A stretch of 64,000 nt of DNA from an uncultured delta proteobacterium (GCA_963708295.1 CAVPSJ010000011.1:32001-96000), one strand, 5' to 3'. Counted from the stretch's first letter, positions 39,658 through 49,013 are shown. The notes: generated by a model not told the origin, from the letters alone. Program-made: numbers and translations.

Positions 39658-41001
39658 ATGGCAGGCGTGGGAAAGAACGGATATCAAAAGCAAGCGATGG
39701 GAATTTACCGATTCATCAGTGAGCATCTTTACTTCAACCGTCCAGACATGGTCATTAAAGGCGAACGCTTTAATTCAGCGATTCTCCTGAGCCTTCTTAC
39801 CGGGTTGAAGAAAGGAAAGGAATTGATCATCGGAGAACCAGGGCTGGGGAAAACGACCTCTGCGGAATATGTTTGTTCGCTCATCTACCAATTTCCATTA
39901 GGCGTCATCTGGGGAAGTGAGGTCTCAGGACATCCTGAACAAACGGAAGAAAAAATTATCGGCAGGCCGGATCTGGGCAAATTGAACCGAGGCGAGGAGG
40001 ATGTGGTGTGGACCAACTTTTCGCAGATTCCAGTGAAAATCGTCGATGAGATCAACCGCCTCCCAGAAACCAAGCAGAGCATGATCCTGGACGGCGTGGA
40101 TCGAGGAAATTGGGAATACCTCAACGAAATGATTATTAACGAAGAATACTGTCTCTTTGCTACTGCCAATTATCAGGATGGAGGGACCAATACCATCATT
40201 GCGCCCCTCGTGGATCGATTCGACGTCATGGTAGAGTCGAGGCACCCCGGGGCGAACCTCTCGTTTCTCGTTGGGAAAGATAAGCGAAAGGATCATATCT
40301 TGCGACATCCCAGGTATGAAAAAGACCTTTACCATGTTTTGAAATCCAAGGTCGCTTATGAAAAGAAGACGCCTAAAATTGAAGAAATTTGCAATGCCTA
40401 TGGGGAATATCTTGATGAGGCAATCGGGTTCAAGTCCTTCAAAAGAGAAGACCGTGATCAAATTCGTACAGAAATGGAGAATTTGGAGTTGGACCTCGAT
40501 GCCAGCGCCTTTACTCGAATGCTTCTAGCTGAGCTGTCTTTCTGCGACTGGTATGGGCAGAAGCGGACTGTTGAAAACTGTGAAGAGGGATGTCACTATA
40601 CGGGATATCTGTGCCGGCAGGTCAAAAACTGTGCTTCCAACCGCCTCCCTTTCTCCATTAAACAATATGCACAAGGATTGGCATGGCTGCTTGAAGACTC
40701 CGAGATCGATATCGAACATATCTCTGCGGTCCTTCCCTACACCCTAGCCCATCGGGTCCAGTGGAAAGATGAGTTCCTTTCCCAGAAGGAGAGATCGAAA
40801 AGGGATGACCCTTTTCCAATTTTTATGGCAAAAGAGGCGGTGAAAGCCGTTTCGCAGAGATATCGAGAACAGAGCGAACATCTGAAAGATGCTCTCTCAG
40901 CCGGATCGAAGATATTTCAAGGAGGAGATTTGGAGCCGCTGGAGGGGGATCATCCCATTTATATGGAAGTCAAAAAAGACATCGATGTTCGAAGAAGCTA
41001 G
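39658..41001 (+). CDS. MoxR-like AAA+ ATPase with a Cys-rich insertion
   Basis: Walker A GEPGLGKT, Walker B KIVDEINR, sensor-1 ATAN, Arg finger LVDRF; Cys cluster FCDW..NCEEGCHY..YLC..KNC. Confidence 0.88.
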   Translation: MAGVGKNGYQKQAMGIYRFISEHLYFNRPDMVIKGERFNSAILLSLLTGLKKGKELIIGEPGLGKTTSAEYVCSLIYQFPLGVIWGSEVSGHPEQTEEKIIGRPDLGKLNRGEEDVVWTNFSQIPVKIVDEINRLPETKQSMILDGVDRGNWEYLNEMIINEEYCLFATANYQDGGTNTIIAPLVDRFDVMVESRHPGANLSFLVGKDKRKDHILRHPRYEKDLYHVLKSKVAYEKKTPKIEEICNAYGEYLDEAIGFKSFKREDRDQIRTEMENLELDLDASAFTRMLLAELSFCDWYGQKRTVENCEEGCHYTGYLCRQVKNCASNRLPFSIKQYAQGLAWLLEDSEIDIEHISAVLPYTLAHRVQWKDEFLSQKERSKRDDPFPIFMAKEAVKAVSQRYREQSEHLKDALSAGSKIFQGGDLEPLEGDHPIYMEVKKDIDVRRS

Positions 41002-41048
41002 AGCAAAGACACTTTTTCCGGTCTGTTATTGAGGGGTTCAATCCGAAG

Positions 41049-41813
41049 ATGAAATCCTCCACTCCGCCTCACAAGAACCCCGACTTCCCGCCGAACAAAG
41101 AAAACTGGACAATCAGGAATCCTTTTGAAGAATTCAAGACATTTACTGCCTCCGCTTCTACCCTCCCCATGGACCAAATTGTTCAATCCACTGAGGCAGT
41201 TATGGATCGGATCCGCTGGGGGTACGAGAGACTTTTGGAAGAAGAGGCAAAAGAACTCGTCTGGATGGTACAATACAATACAATCATCAAGGCTTATGAA
41301 GTGGCAGAAAAGTATGTGAAGGAAATAAGTTATACGGCCGAAGACATTGAGGATTTCTGTTTTGCCTTGGAGAATACCCAAAAGATTCCGTACCTCATCC
41401 CCGGTCCAGCCGGCATCTACATCTCTGCGTTATGTAACTATGCAAACGAAGAAGAGATCATTCTCAAGCTTTCCGAACTGAAGACGGAAATCAATCTTGT
41501 CGGATTTCGACTCCCGAAGGGGAAGCGATTGATGATCGAGGGAGATACGGGTGATTTCACCGGTATTGGCCTCGAGGGTGGAGAATTGGTCATTGATGGG
41601 AATTCCAAGAACTGGACGGGAGCGGGGATGAGGGGAGGAAAGATTCTGATCAAGAAGAACATTGGCCTACATACAGGTGAGTGGATGATGGGTGGAGAAA
41701 TCTATGTGGGAGGAAGAGTAAGGGGCCTGGGAAATATTGTCGAGGGGAAGGTTTACGAGAGGGAAAAACTACTTTTTCCGGGGAAGGTGCGGTATCCCAA
41801 TGCATACTATTAA
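41049..41813 (+). CDS. Protein with a C-terminal GltB/FmdC/FwdC-like GXGXG beta-helix domain
   Basis: Repeats IEGDTGDFTGIGLEGGELV / IDGNSKNWTGAGMRGGKIL / IKKNIGLHTGEWMMGGEIY. Confidence 0.8.
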   Translation: MKSSTPPHKNPDFPPNKENWTIRNPFEEFKTFTASASTLPMDQIVQSTEAVMDRIRWGYERLLEEEAKELVWMVQYNTIIKAYEVAEKYVKEISYTAEDIEDFCFALENTQKIPYLIPGPAGIYISALCNYANEEEIILKLSELKTEINLVGFRLPKGKRLMIEGDTGDFTGIGLEGGELVIDGNSKNWTGAGMRGGKILIKKNIGLHTGEWMMGGEIYVGGRVRGLGNIVEGKVYEREKLLFPGKVRYPNAYY

Positions 41814-41852
41814 TGACCTGAGATAGGTCTCGATGGATTATAGCGATTAAAC

Positions 41853-43490
41853 ATGGAAAAACAGAATTTGCAGGCGATCATTGAAGAGATTTGGCCAAAG
41901 GTGAAGAAAAAACACCTCTATCCTGAGATTCCAATGCCCAAGGTTAAGGAGCCTTCTGCAAAAAAAGAAGAACGGACTTCAGAGGACGAAGACGTTGGAT
42001 TGGAGATGAAGCAGAAACAACTGACCATCAATGGTGCTTTTGTCCTGCAAATGAGGGACAAGATGCCAGAAAAAAGGGTTATCGAGGCTCTTCTTGATCA
42101 TGGGGTTACCCACTACACTTTCTGTCCATGGGATTTTCACACGCACCTCAGACTCTACGCGGCGGCGAAGAAAGTGGTCGGTGATAAAGAATTATCCAAA
42201 CAAGTGGCTAATCACTTCATCGATGTCATTGCAGATACTCATTGCGTGAGAAAAAGGTCTACGGAGATCCCAGAATTGCACCGAAACTTGAAAAAAGGGG
42301 CCGTCGACGAAGTCATTGCGTCCCTATATCAAAGGATTTGGGGAATGGATTTGGGAATCCACCCCTCCAGAGGGGGCGTAAAAGGACACAGAGATATCGT
42401 CCGACGGCTGGCACGAATCCCCTATTTGGATCGATCACGCTGGGGAGAGAGCATTCAGAAGTTTGCGCGGACGATCAAACCCCTGCTTATTGAAGAACAA
42501 GAGGAGCAAGGAGATCGAGGAGGGAAAGGGGAGCGCAATCCTCAAGGGGAACACGATTTAAACCACTATTCGTCCGAAGAGATCGATCAGGGTTTAAGGG
42601 ATTACGCAAGACAGACCATGACTTTGTCCGAATTTAAGGATGTCGTGGAGGACTTTTCGGATGAACTAAGAGGGACAGGTTATGGTATGGAAGGGGGGAT
42701 GGGAAGGGGGAACGGGGAGCCCGTCGATGCAGATGTGCTTTTTTACATGAAATTGGCAGAGAATTATTCCATCCCCTTAAAGAAAATGCCCCTGGAAGAG
42801 AAAGGTGCTCTCCATCCTTATTCTCATTGTCCATGGGAGATCGGAGCGCCCTTTCAAGATGTGGATATATGGACCAGTTTTGGGAAGCTCATGCCTGGGA
42901 TTACCCAAGTTTGGACAAAGCGGGAGGGCAAGGGAAGAGGAAAAATGGAAGGCACTCCAGATTGCTTAATCGTTATTGACTCCTCAGGAAGCATGATCAA
43001 TCCTCGGAAGAGTCTCTCTTATGCTGTCCTGGGAGCCGCTTGCGCCGCCAATGCTTACCTTCACAATAATTCAAAGGTGGGCGTCTATAATTTTAGTGAC
43101 GCTCCTATGGGAGGAAAAGAGATTTTGAATTACATAGACCGGCGGGAGGATATTTACCGGGCCCTTTGTAAGTATTTCGGCGGAGGAACAGCATTGGAGT
43201 TGGAGGATTTAACGCCTTTAATCCGAGGCAAGAAAAAGTTGGACCTCTTCATCATTACCGATATGAAGATCACCAACCTGGAGGCGCTGATCGGATTTTT
43301 CGGACAGATCCAGAACCGGGTGACGGCCGTTCACATCGGCGAGAATCCGTATGCGGCTCGATTTGAAAAGGCGTTTGAGAAAAGAAAGAACATCAATATC
43401 TATACCGTGAAGCGGACGGAAGATATTCCCCACATTGTCCTTGGAAAGATCCGAGAATATTTTAGTTCATCAGCTTCAAAAAAATCGTGA
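41853..43490 (+). CDS. VWA (MIDAS) domain protein with an N-terminal peptidase-like region
   Basis: IVIDSSGSM (DxSxS), FGGGT, IITD; N-terminal DHGVTHYTFCPWD. Confidence 0.85.
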   Translation: MEKQNLQAIIEEIWPKVKKKHLYPEIPMPKVKEPSAKKEERTSEDEDVGLEMKQKQLTINGAFVLQMRDKMPEKRVIEALLDHGVTHYTFCPWDFHTHLRLYAAAKKVVGDKELSKQVANHFIDVIADTHCVRKRSTEIPELHRNLKKGAVDEVIASLYQRIWGMDLGIHPSRGGVKGHRDIVRRLARIPYLDRSRWGESIQKFARTIKPLLIEEQEEQGDRGGKGERNPQGEHDLNHYSSEEIDQGLRDYARQTMTLSEFKDVVEDFSDELRGTGYGMEGGMGRGNGEPVDADVLFYMKLAENYSIPLKKMPLEEKGALHPYSHCPWEIGAPFQDVDIWTSFGKLMPGITQVWTKREGKGRGKMEGTPDCLIVIDSSGSMINPRKSLSYAVLGAACAANAYLHNNSKVGVYNFSDAPMGGKEILNYIDRREDIYRALCKYFGGGTALELEDLTPLIRGKKKLDLFIITDMKITNLEALIGFFGQIQNRVTAVHIGENPYAARFEKAFEKRKNINIYTVKRTEDIPHIVLGKIREYFSSSASKKS

Positions 43491-43801
43491 CTCTTTTCCG
43501 TCAACCTGTAAGCTATTTCAAGACTTTATCTCATCCTTGAAGAATAGGAGAGGTTAGGGAAACACTCTCGCGCGGAGACCAAGGGTGTGATGGCGGACCC
43601 AATTCTTAGAAACGAATTGGAGTTAGAGTGCTAGTCGCTAAGTTTGCATTTCGTTTTAGATACGCACCTGAATTGGGTACGGCAGCGAAAGAGACTGGAT
43701 TGAGCTAATAGCCTTTAAGAACTATTGTCGTATTGCTAAGGATCGCGTCCCAGAAAAGTGTCCAGCAAAAACCCAAGTAATTAATATTGTTATATAAATT
43801 T

Positions 43802-43897
43802 AAAAGGGATCAGTTAGAGGAGGGCTATAACTGATCCCTGCCGGTACATCAACCGGGGGTAAAACAAGGAGGTGATACGGTTTGATGCACCAGCTAC
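43802..43897 (-). ncRNA. Putative two-hairpin small RNA with anti-SD loops
   Basis: Stem 1 ggtgcatcaaaccg/cggttgatgtacc with loop TATCACCTCCTTG; stem 2 agggatcagtta/taactgatccct with loop CCCTCCTC, then a U-tract; upstream TTGATT-N17-TATTTT. Confidence 0.6.
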
Positions 43898-43944
43898 ATA
43901 TAAAATAATATATTATGTGGAGAAAATCAATAATGGAAGGGTTT

Positions 43945-43961
43945 CTGGCACGGGATTTGCT
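43945..43961 (+). promoter_or_regulatory. Sigma54 promoter
   Basis: CTGGCACG-GGAT-TTGCT, close to the -24/-12 consensus. Confidence 0.8.
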
Positions 43962-44000
43962 GTTATATTAACAGATCGATAACAAATCGAAAGGACAACT

Positions 44001-44543
44001 ATGAAAAAGATTCTATCTATTATCTCAGTGCCTTTTCTTCTGGTTTTCCTCACCTCTCAACCCTCTTTTTCGCAGGTTTATAAGTGGGTCGATGAAAAAG
44101 GAGTGGCACACTTTACGGATGATATCACTCAAGTTCCGGGAGAATTCCAAGCTAAGGCTGAGAGAATCGAAGCCCAGCAGGAAAGGGAAGACACAAAATT
44201 TGAGGGGGAATTAGCACCTACGAAGAGAGAAGGCTCCTACAAGGACCAATTGGGAAGGGGGGAAGACTATTGGAAGGGGCGCGTCGAGGAGTGGAGAAAA
44301 AAACTAAGAGAACAACAGGATAAGTTGGAGCTCTTGAGGACCAATTATAACGGGTTAACAGAAAAGTATAACGATTCAAGAAGCCTGGTAGAAAGGACAA
44401 GTATTCGCAGAGAAAGAGAAAAGATCAAGACGGAAATGGGCGAGTGCAATGCTCAAATTGATGAAGCAAGGGGGATGATGGATAAAAAGATTCCAGAAGA
44501 GGCTGAACTTTATAAAGCGAAGCCAGAATGGATAAAACAATAA
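44001..44543 (+). CDS. Exported DUF4124 domain protein with a coiled coil
   Basis: Signal peptide, then VYKWVDEKGVAHFTD; C-terminal coiled coil. Confidence 0.85.
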   Translation: MKKILSIISVPFLLVFLTSQPSFSQVYKWVDEKGVAHFTDDITQVPGEFQAKAERIEAQQEREDTKFEGELAPTKREGSYKDQLGRGEDYWKGRVEEWRKKLREQQDKLELLRTNYNGLTEKYNDSRSLVERTSIRREREKIKTEMGECNAQIDEARGMMDKKIPEEAELYKAKPEWIKQ

Positions 44544-44842
44544 AAATATTTCATATGCTCTGAAAAAAGTAGCCAGTGAATAGCAATTGATTCAATGACC
44601 GCTAAGTTCATATGATAGCAGGGATATTCACTCCGTTGAATTATCACTGTTTTTATTTAAGAAGCATAATCGGACATTTTGTGAAAGTTTGTAAATCCGA
44701 GTCGTATCAGCATAATTATTGGCTAGGTGCGGTAAGAAAGTGGCCACAACTCGGAAAGTAAAGGGGGTTCTCAAAACAGGGAAGGGAGAGATGGCCTTAG
44801 AAAAGCCCATTTATTTCATCGATGTAAAAGAGGCTAAAAGAA

Positions 44843-45244
44843 ATGGACAAGGCAAACCGGGATAATCAACCAACTTCGCAGATCAGAATGGGTGTCCTTT
44901 CCATCGAAAAGAGGAAATACCCAAGATTCAGCGTGGAGCTTCCGCTGAATTATTCTCGTACTGAAGGTAAAGAAATTCTTGGGGGGATGGTCGCGAATGC
45001 AAGTGAGGGGGGACTCCTCGTCTACCTGCCCGAAAGAATGGCGATGGGGGCATTTTTGAAAATTGAAATTTTCTATGTCAAAGGTCTAGAATTGGACACA
45101 ATTAAGGCGGTCGCAAAAGTCGTTTGGTGCGATTTGGCTGCAAGAGAAAGTTGGGGCGAACACCGGTATGGATTGCAATTTCAGTATATTGATGAAAAAG
45201 ACCTTAGTCGGTTAACCACTTTATTGAGAGAGGTGGGAAACTAG
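44843..45244 (+). CDS. PilZ domain protein
   Basis: EKRKYPR (RxxxR), NASEGG (D/NxSxxG), AKVVW, YGLQF. Confidence 0.9.
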   Translation: MDKANRDNQPTSQIRMGVLSIEKRKYPRFSVELPLNYSRTEGKEILGGMVANASEGGLLVYLPERMAMGAFLKIEIFYVKGLELDTIKAVAKVVWCDLAARESWGEHRYGLQFQYIDEKDLSRLTTLLREVGN

Positions 45245-45471
45245 GGAAATGGTAGAGTTGGGAAATACTTTTCTTCGGGGATATTGAACCTGATAAAAAA
45301 TATCTTGAACTATTTCGAAAAATTAATTACAAATGTGAGGAGAAAAAGATGAGTGCGTCCTATCCGGCTGTCTCCGGGGGAAAACCCTAGATTCTTCACA
45401 CTCTAAAAGGATGACTAAGGATCTCTCCCGGCGTGGTTTCAGGAAAGCAGGCCCAGCACAAAAGGGATGTC

Positions 45472-47421
45472 ATGGCTAGTTCAGGTCAACCACAAGGGAG
45501 ATATCGAGTCCTCCTCATCGGCATCGGAAATAACACGGAGGCAGAAAAGGATTCTTTTTGTAATACCATTTCAAAGAACTACAGTGTCCCCTTTCCTCAG
45601 CTTAGAAGAATTGTTGAACGCTGTCCCGTTATCCTCAAGAAAGATCTCTCCTTAAAGAAGGCCGAGTTGCTCGCAAGAACCTTCAAGTCTTTCGGGGCGC
45701 TGGTATCTGTCGAGGAGAAAAGAGAGATCCCGCCCATCGACCTTGAATTTCAGGAATTGGTCCCTCATCGGTTGGCGTTGGAGTCATGTTTTCTCCAGCA
45801 GTCGCACAGAGGAACCTGGAGCGTTACAGGACGAGCAAGGAATGTATCGGATGAAACTCTGAGTGATATCTGGGTCCTGGTTCAGGTTTTTGAAGATTTT
45901 GAAGAATTCGTCGCCTTTGAGGAAACTCCACTCCCTATCAACCCTCTCCCCTCAGGACAAGCTTCCCCCTTTAAGGTGATCTTTGAAGGGGCTTTTTCAT
46001 TTAAGAAAATCTCAGTTGGCTTTAAGAATGCCTCAGGACAACCTGTCCCAGCGGGGGATAAAAGGAAAAAGAGGGAATGGATGAAGGCTGATTTGGGAGA
46101 GGAACGCCCTCATTCCTCTCCTGGGATGCCGACCGAATTGGAAGGGAGGTCCGGGGGGGCTGATCCCGCCGGACCTTTAGAGAAAATGCTCGTTAAAAAG
46201 GAAGGTGAAATTCCAGGAGACATCCTTCCATCTCCGGAGCGAGAAGTAGCAGCACCTGTTGAATACGGAATAGGCGAGAATTACGGAGATCCAGAGAGAG
46301 TCCCCGGAGGATCCCTTTTGCTACCTTTTGAACCTTTAGAAAAAACCATGGAGTCGCTTTCGATTTCGGTAAATGAGGAGGAGTCTCTGAGAAGACCGGA
46401 ATCAGAGAAAGCTCCCGGACAAGGAACCTCTGAGGGTTGTATTGTACCTGGGGCGGAAAAATTGGCAGAAGGGATCGATATAGCTTTGCGTAGCACAGAG
46501 TCTGCTTCTGAGGAAGAGAAGCGGGCGGAAGAATCGCGCCTGGATTCTTCTGTATTCCAAGAAGCTACCCGGTTGCTTAAGGATATTTCAGAAAAGACCA
46601 ACGCAGGGGAGGGAGAAGAAAAGACGGCCCCTTCTTTGCCTTGGCTAGAGTATTTTAGAGATGCAGTGAAGACTTTTTATCAGACCTTACGTGGTATTTT
46701 TCCGATCTGGTTTGAGGAATGCCGAAAGAAAGGTGAATTGAAGGATTCGCTCCATGGCCTTCTAACGATACTCTTACATTGCAGGTTCGATCAGGGGAGT
46801 CAATCTTCCAACCCATTGGAGAACACCCAAAAATTATTCCGCCTCATCATTCAACCGAATCTTCTCCCCGAAGAAATACCAATCCTTGAAGGGACTTCCT
46901 TTGCATCGGGTGAAGTCTGGAGAGACCTCTTTCAACGGGCGCTCCCGAAGATTAAGCAGATCGGAAACGCTATTTTACAGAAAAATAGGTGGAATGTTTT
47001 AGACCTAGAACGATTGATTCAAGTGATTCCACATATGGGGGCTCAAAATAGCCGGATGGCCATCCAATGGATCGACGAATTGCTCCCGGATGTCGCAGAA
47101 ATTGATTTTTCGAATACTCCGATCGCTATTGGAGAAGGCCTTTACAGAGTTGCCGCTCGTTTAGGTATTGTGGACCCCCACCTGGACTATTATCATGGCA
47201 GGAATTCGATGGGAGATACCAAAATTCAGTCTTTTGCGATAGAGGCTTTCCCTCACAATCCTGTACGGATAGAGAAACCAATGATGTGGATAGGAGGTGG
47301 AGAAGAGCAAGGAGGGCACTGCTTCCGTATCCAACCTTGGTGTAACGGGTGCCTCTTCAAAACCTTCTGCCCAAGACTCTATCTTGACTTTGACCCATCT
47401 GAAATAGGGATGAGGGATTGA
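45472..47421 (+). CDS. Multidomain protein: L7/L12-CTD-like + FxLYD-like + acidic linker + degenerate HhH-GPD/[4Fe-4S] domain
   Basis: See findings; C-terminal CFRIQPWCNGCLFKTFC is the Endonuclease III FCL motif. Confidence 0.7.
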   Translation: MASSGQPQGRYRVLLIGIGNNTEAEKDSFCNTISKNYSVPFPQLRRIVERCPVILKKDLSLKKAELLARTFKSFGALVSVEEKREIPPIDLEFQELVPHRLALESCFLQQSHRGTWSVTGRARNVSDETLSDIWVLVQVFEDFEEFVAFEETPLPINPLPSGQASPFKVIFEGAFSFKKISVGFKNASGQPVPAGDKRKKREWMKADLGEERPHSSPGMPTELEGRSGGADPAGPLEKMLVKKEGEIPGDILPSPEREVAAPVEYGIGENYGDPERVPGGSLLLPFEPLEKTMESLSISVNEEESLRRPESEKAPGQGTSEGCIVPGAEKLAEGIDIALRSTESASEEEKRAEESRLDSSVFQEATRLLKDISEKTNAGEGEEKTAPSLPWLEYFRDAVKTFYQTLRGIFPIWFEECRKKGELKDSLHGLLTILLHCRFDQGSQSSNPLENTQKLFRLIIQPNLLPEEIPILEGTSFASGEVWRDLFQRALPKIKQIGNAILQKNRWNVLDLERLIQVIPHMGAQNSRMAIQWIDELLPDVAEIDFSNTPIAIGEGLYRVAARLGIVDPHLDYYHGRNSMGDTKIQSFAIEAFPHNPVRIEKPMMWIGGGEEQGGHCFRIQPWCNGCLFKTFCPRLYLDFDPSEIGMRD

Positions 47422-47603
47422 TTGACATCACCCTTCATAGTATCAGCAAGATGGTCCTTGCTTTATCTTTCCCTGCAGATAAAAATCGCCAGAAATGATA
47501 TAATAGTATTTTACCCAGGGTTTTTGTTAAGATACAATTGCAGTATGGGCAGAGGTGAGTTCAGTTCATGAGGCGCCTTATATCTCATTAAAGGAGTAAG
47601 AAA

Positions 47604-47792
47604 ATGAGCGGGAAAAGTAGTTTTCCTTATCGTAAATACGATCGAAAGCCCCATCCTCACATCGTCAAGCAAATTCTAGACGATAGCGAATTGATTGAGA
47701 TGATGAAGGAAGTCCTTATTCAGGAAGGAAGGGCCTGTCCTTTTTGTCATCGAAAATTGAAGGGAGAATCCAAGGCAAAGGAAATTTGGTAA
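47604..47792 (+). CDS. Small hypothetical protein with a CxxC motif
   Basis: AAGGAG RBS, ATG start, 62 aa, ACPFCHR. Confidence 0.6.
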   Translation: MSGKSSFPYRKYDRKPHPHIVKQILDDSELIEMMKEVLIQEGRACPFCHRKLKGESKAKEIW

Positions 47793-47918
47793 GAAGAAGA
47801 GACAAGAAAGAGATGATTCAAAACGTACGAGAACCATCTCTCTTTTTTGGCCCGCAGCCAGACCGGCCGGCCCAAAATAAAAGAGAGTTTCGATGGTCGG
47901 CCAGTGGGTTGGTGTATA

Positions 47919-48260
47919 TCAAATATTCTCATCCGGGAATTCCCGGACAAAGGAGAATTTTAGGGGACTGAGCATGAACATTCTGGCTGAGTCACCTACC
48001 GCGTGCGCTGGGGTACCCGAGATCATCGAGACAATATCGACCGCCCCGGTAAAGGGAAGTGCAACAACAAAGACGCCCGTACCCACAACTGCAGCTGCAA
48101 ATCCGAGGGGCCTTGCGACAATTAAATCCACGGCACCCCATCCCTGGGCCACAGGATCATCCTTCCCGAAGTACTCATCCGCCCATCCTGTCGAATAAAA
48201 ACTGCACATGATCAACGAAAAAACAAAGGATAACAGAAGTATCTTTTTAAATCCTTTCAT
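47919..48260 (-). CDS. Small exported/membrane hypothetical protein
   Basis: AAGGAGG RBS; signal peptide; DLIVARPLG..VGTGVFVVALPF hydrophobic core. Confidence 0.8.
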   Translation of the reverse strand: MKGFKKILLLSFVFSLIMCSFYSTGWADEYFGKDDPVAQGWGAVDLIVARPLGFAAAVVGTGVFVVALPFTGAVDIVSMISGTPAHAVGDSARMFMLSPLKFSFVREFPDENI

Positions 48261-49013
48261 GACAAGATCCTCCTTCATGTCTTCTTATTTAAAACTTATC
48301 AAAATTATCTAGAATTGTCAAACTTTTTAAGAAAAGAAAGCTTTGTTTTTCAAGCTAATTAATTAAATAGTTTCAGCGTTAAGAGAGAAAATTCTTTTGG
48401 TAACAAAAACTTTATGATCAACAAAGTCCATACGAGGCACGAATTGGCCATCCCCGTTTCTATTGTCAACTTTGTCATCAGGGCAGCCTTGGAGGAAATC
48501 GAGTTTCCCCGTTGCCTCTGTATTGAATGCAATTTTTCTGCCAAATTATAGATTTAGATAAGGATAGTGTAACATATTGAAAGTTATATGTGAAATACTT
48601 TTTCTGCTAGCAAAAGAATATTTGCAAAGTAGCCTATCGAGGGACAAACACTGCCACCTGGATAAAAATTGACCTTTCAGAATAAGACTTTCCATTCAAA
48701 TCACATTCCGCAAAGGGTAGGTCGAGGAAGCCGCTTAGGGCCCCGGATAGCAAGACCTCCAAAACAATATCCTTGGACCAAATGAAGGATATATACGAAT
48801 GGCTTGGGATATGGACGGATAGTTACTTGGAACTTCTGATACAAAGCCGGGGGGTTGTTTTTTGTCTGAGTATGCAGCATGGCCAAGTCGGCCGACGGGA
48901 AGGAAGATCTTTTTCCGGGGGGATAATCGATACGCTCCGACCTGTAAAGCCATAGGCAAATTTGCTTGCCGCGCATATTGACATGATCTTTTCTTTGTGA
49001 TTATTCTTAAGCA

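Noticed and set aside
48300-48960. Small ORFs or ncRNA upstream of rtcA
   Set aside because: Several overlapping short ORFs on both strands without a convincing RBS or motif; no clear structure.
39236-49000. Prophage or integrative element at tRNA-Pro
   Set aside because: No integrase, phage or conjugation genes and no duplicated tRNA end; the accessory genes lie on the 5' side of the tRNA.
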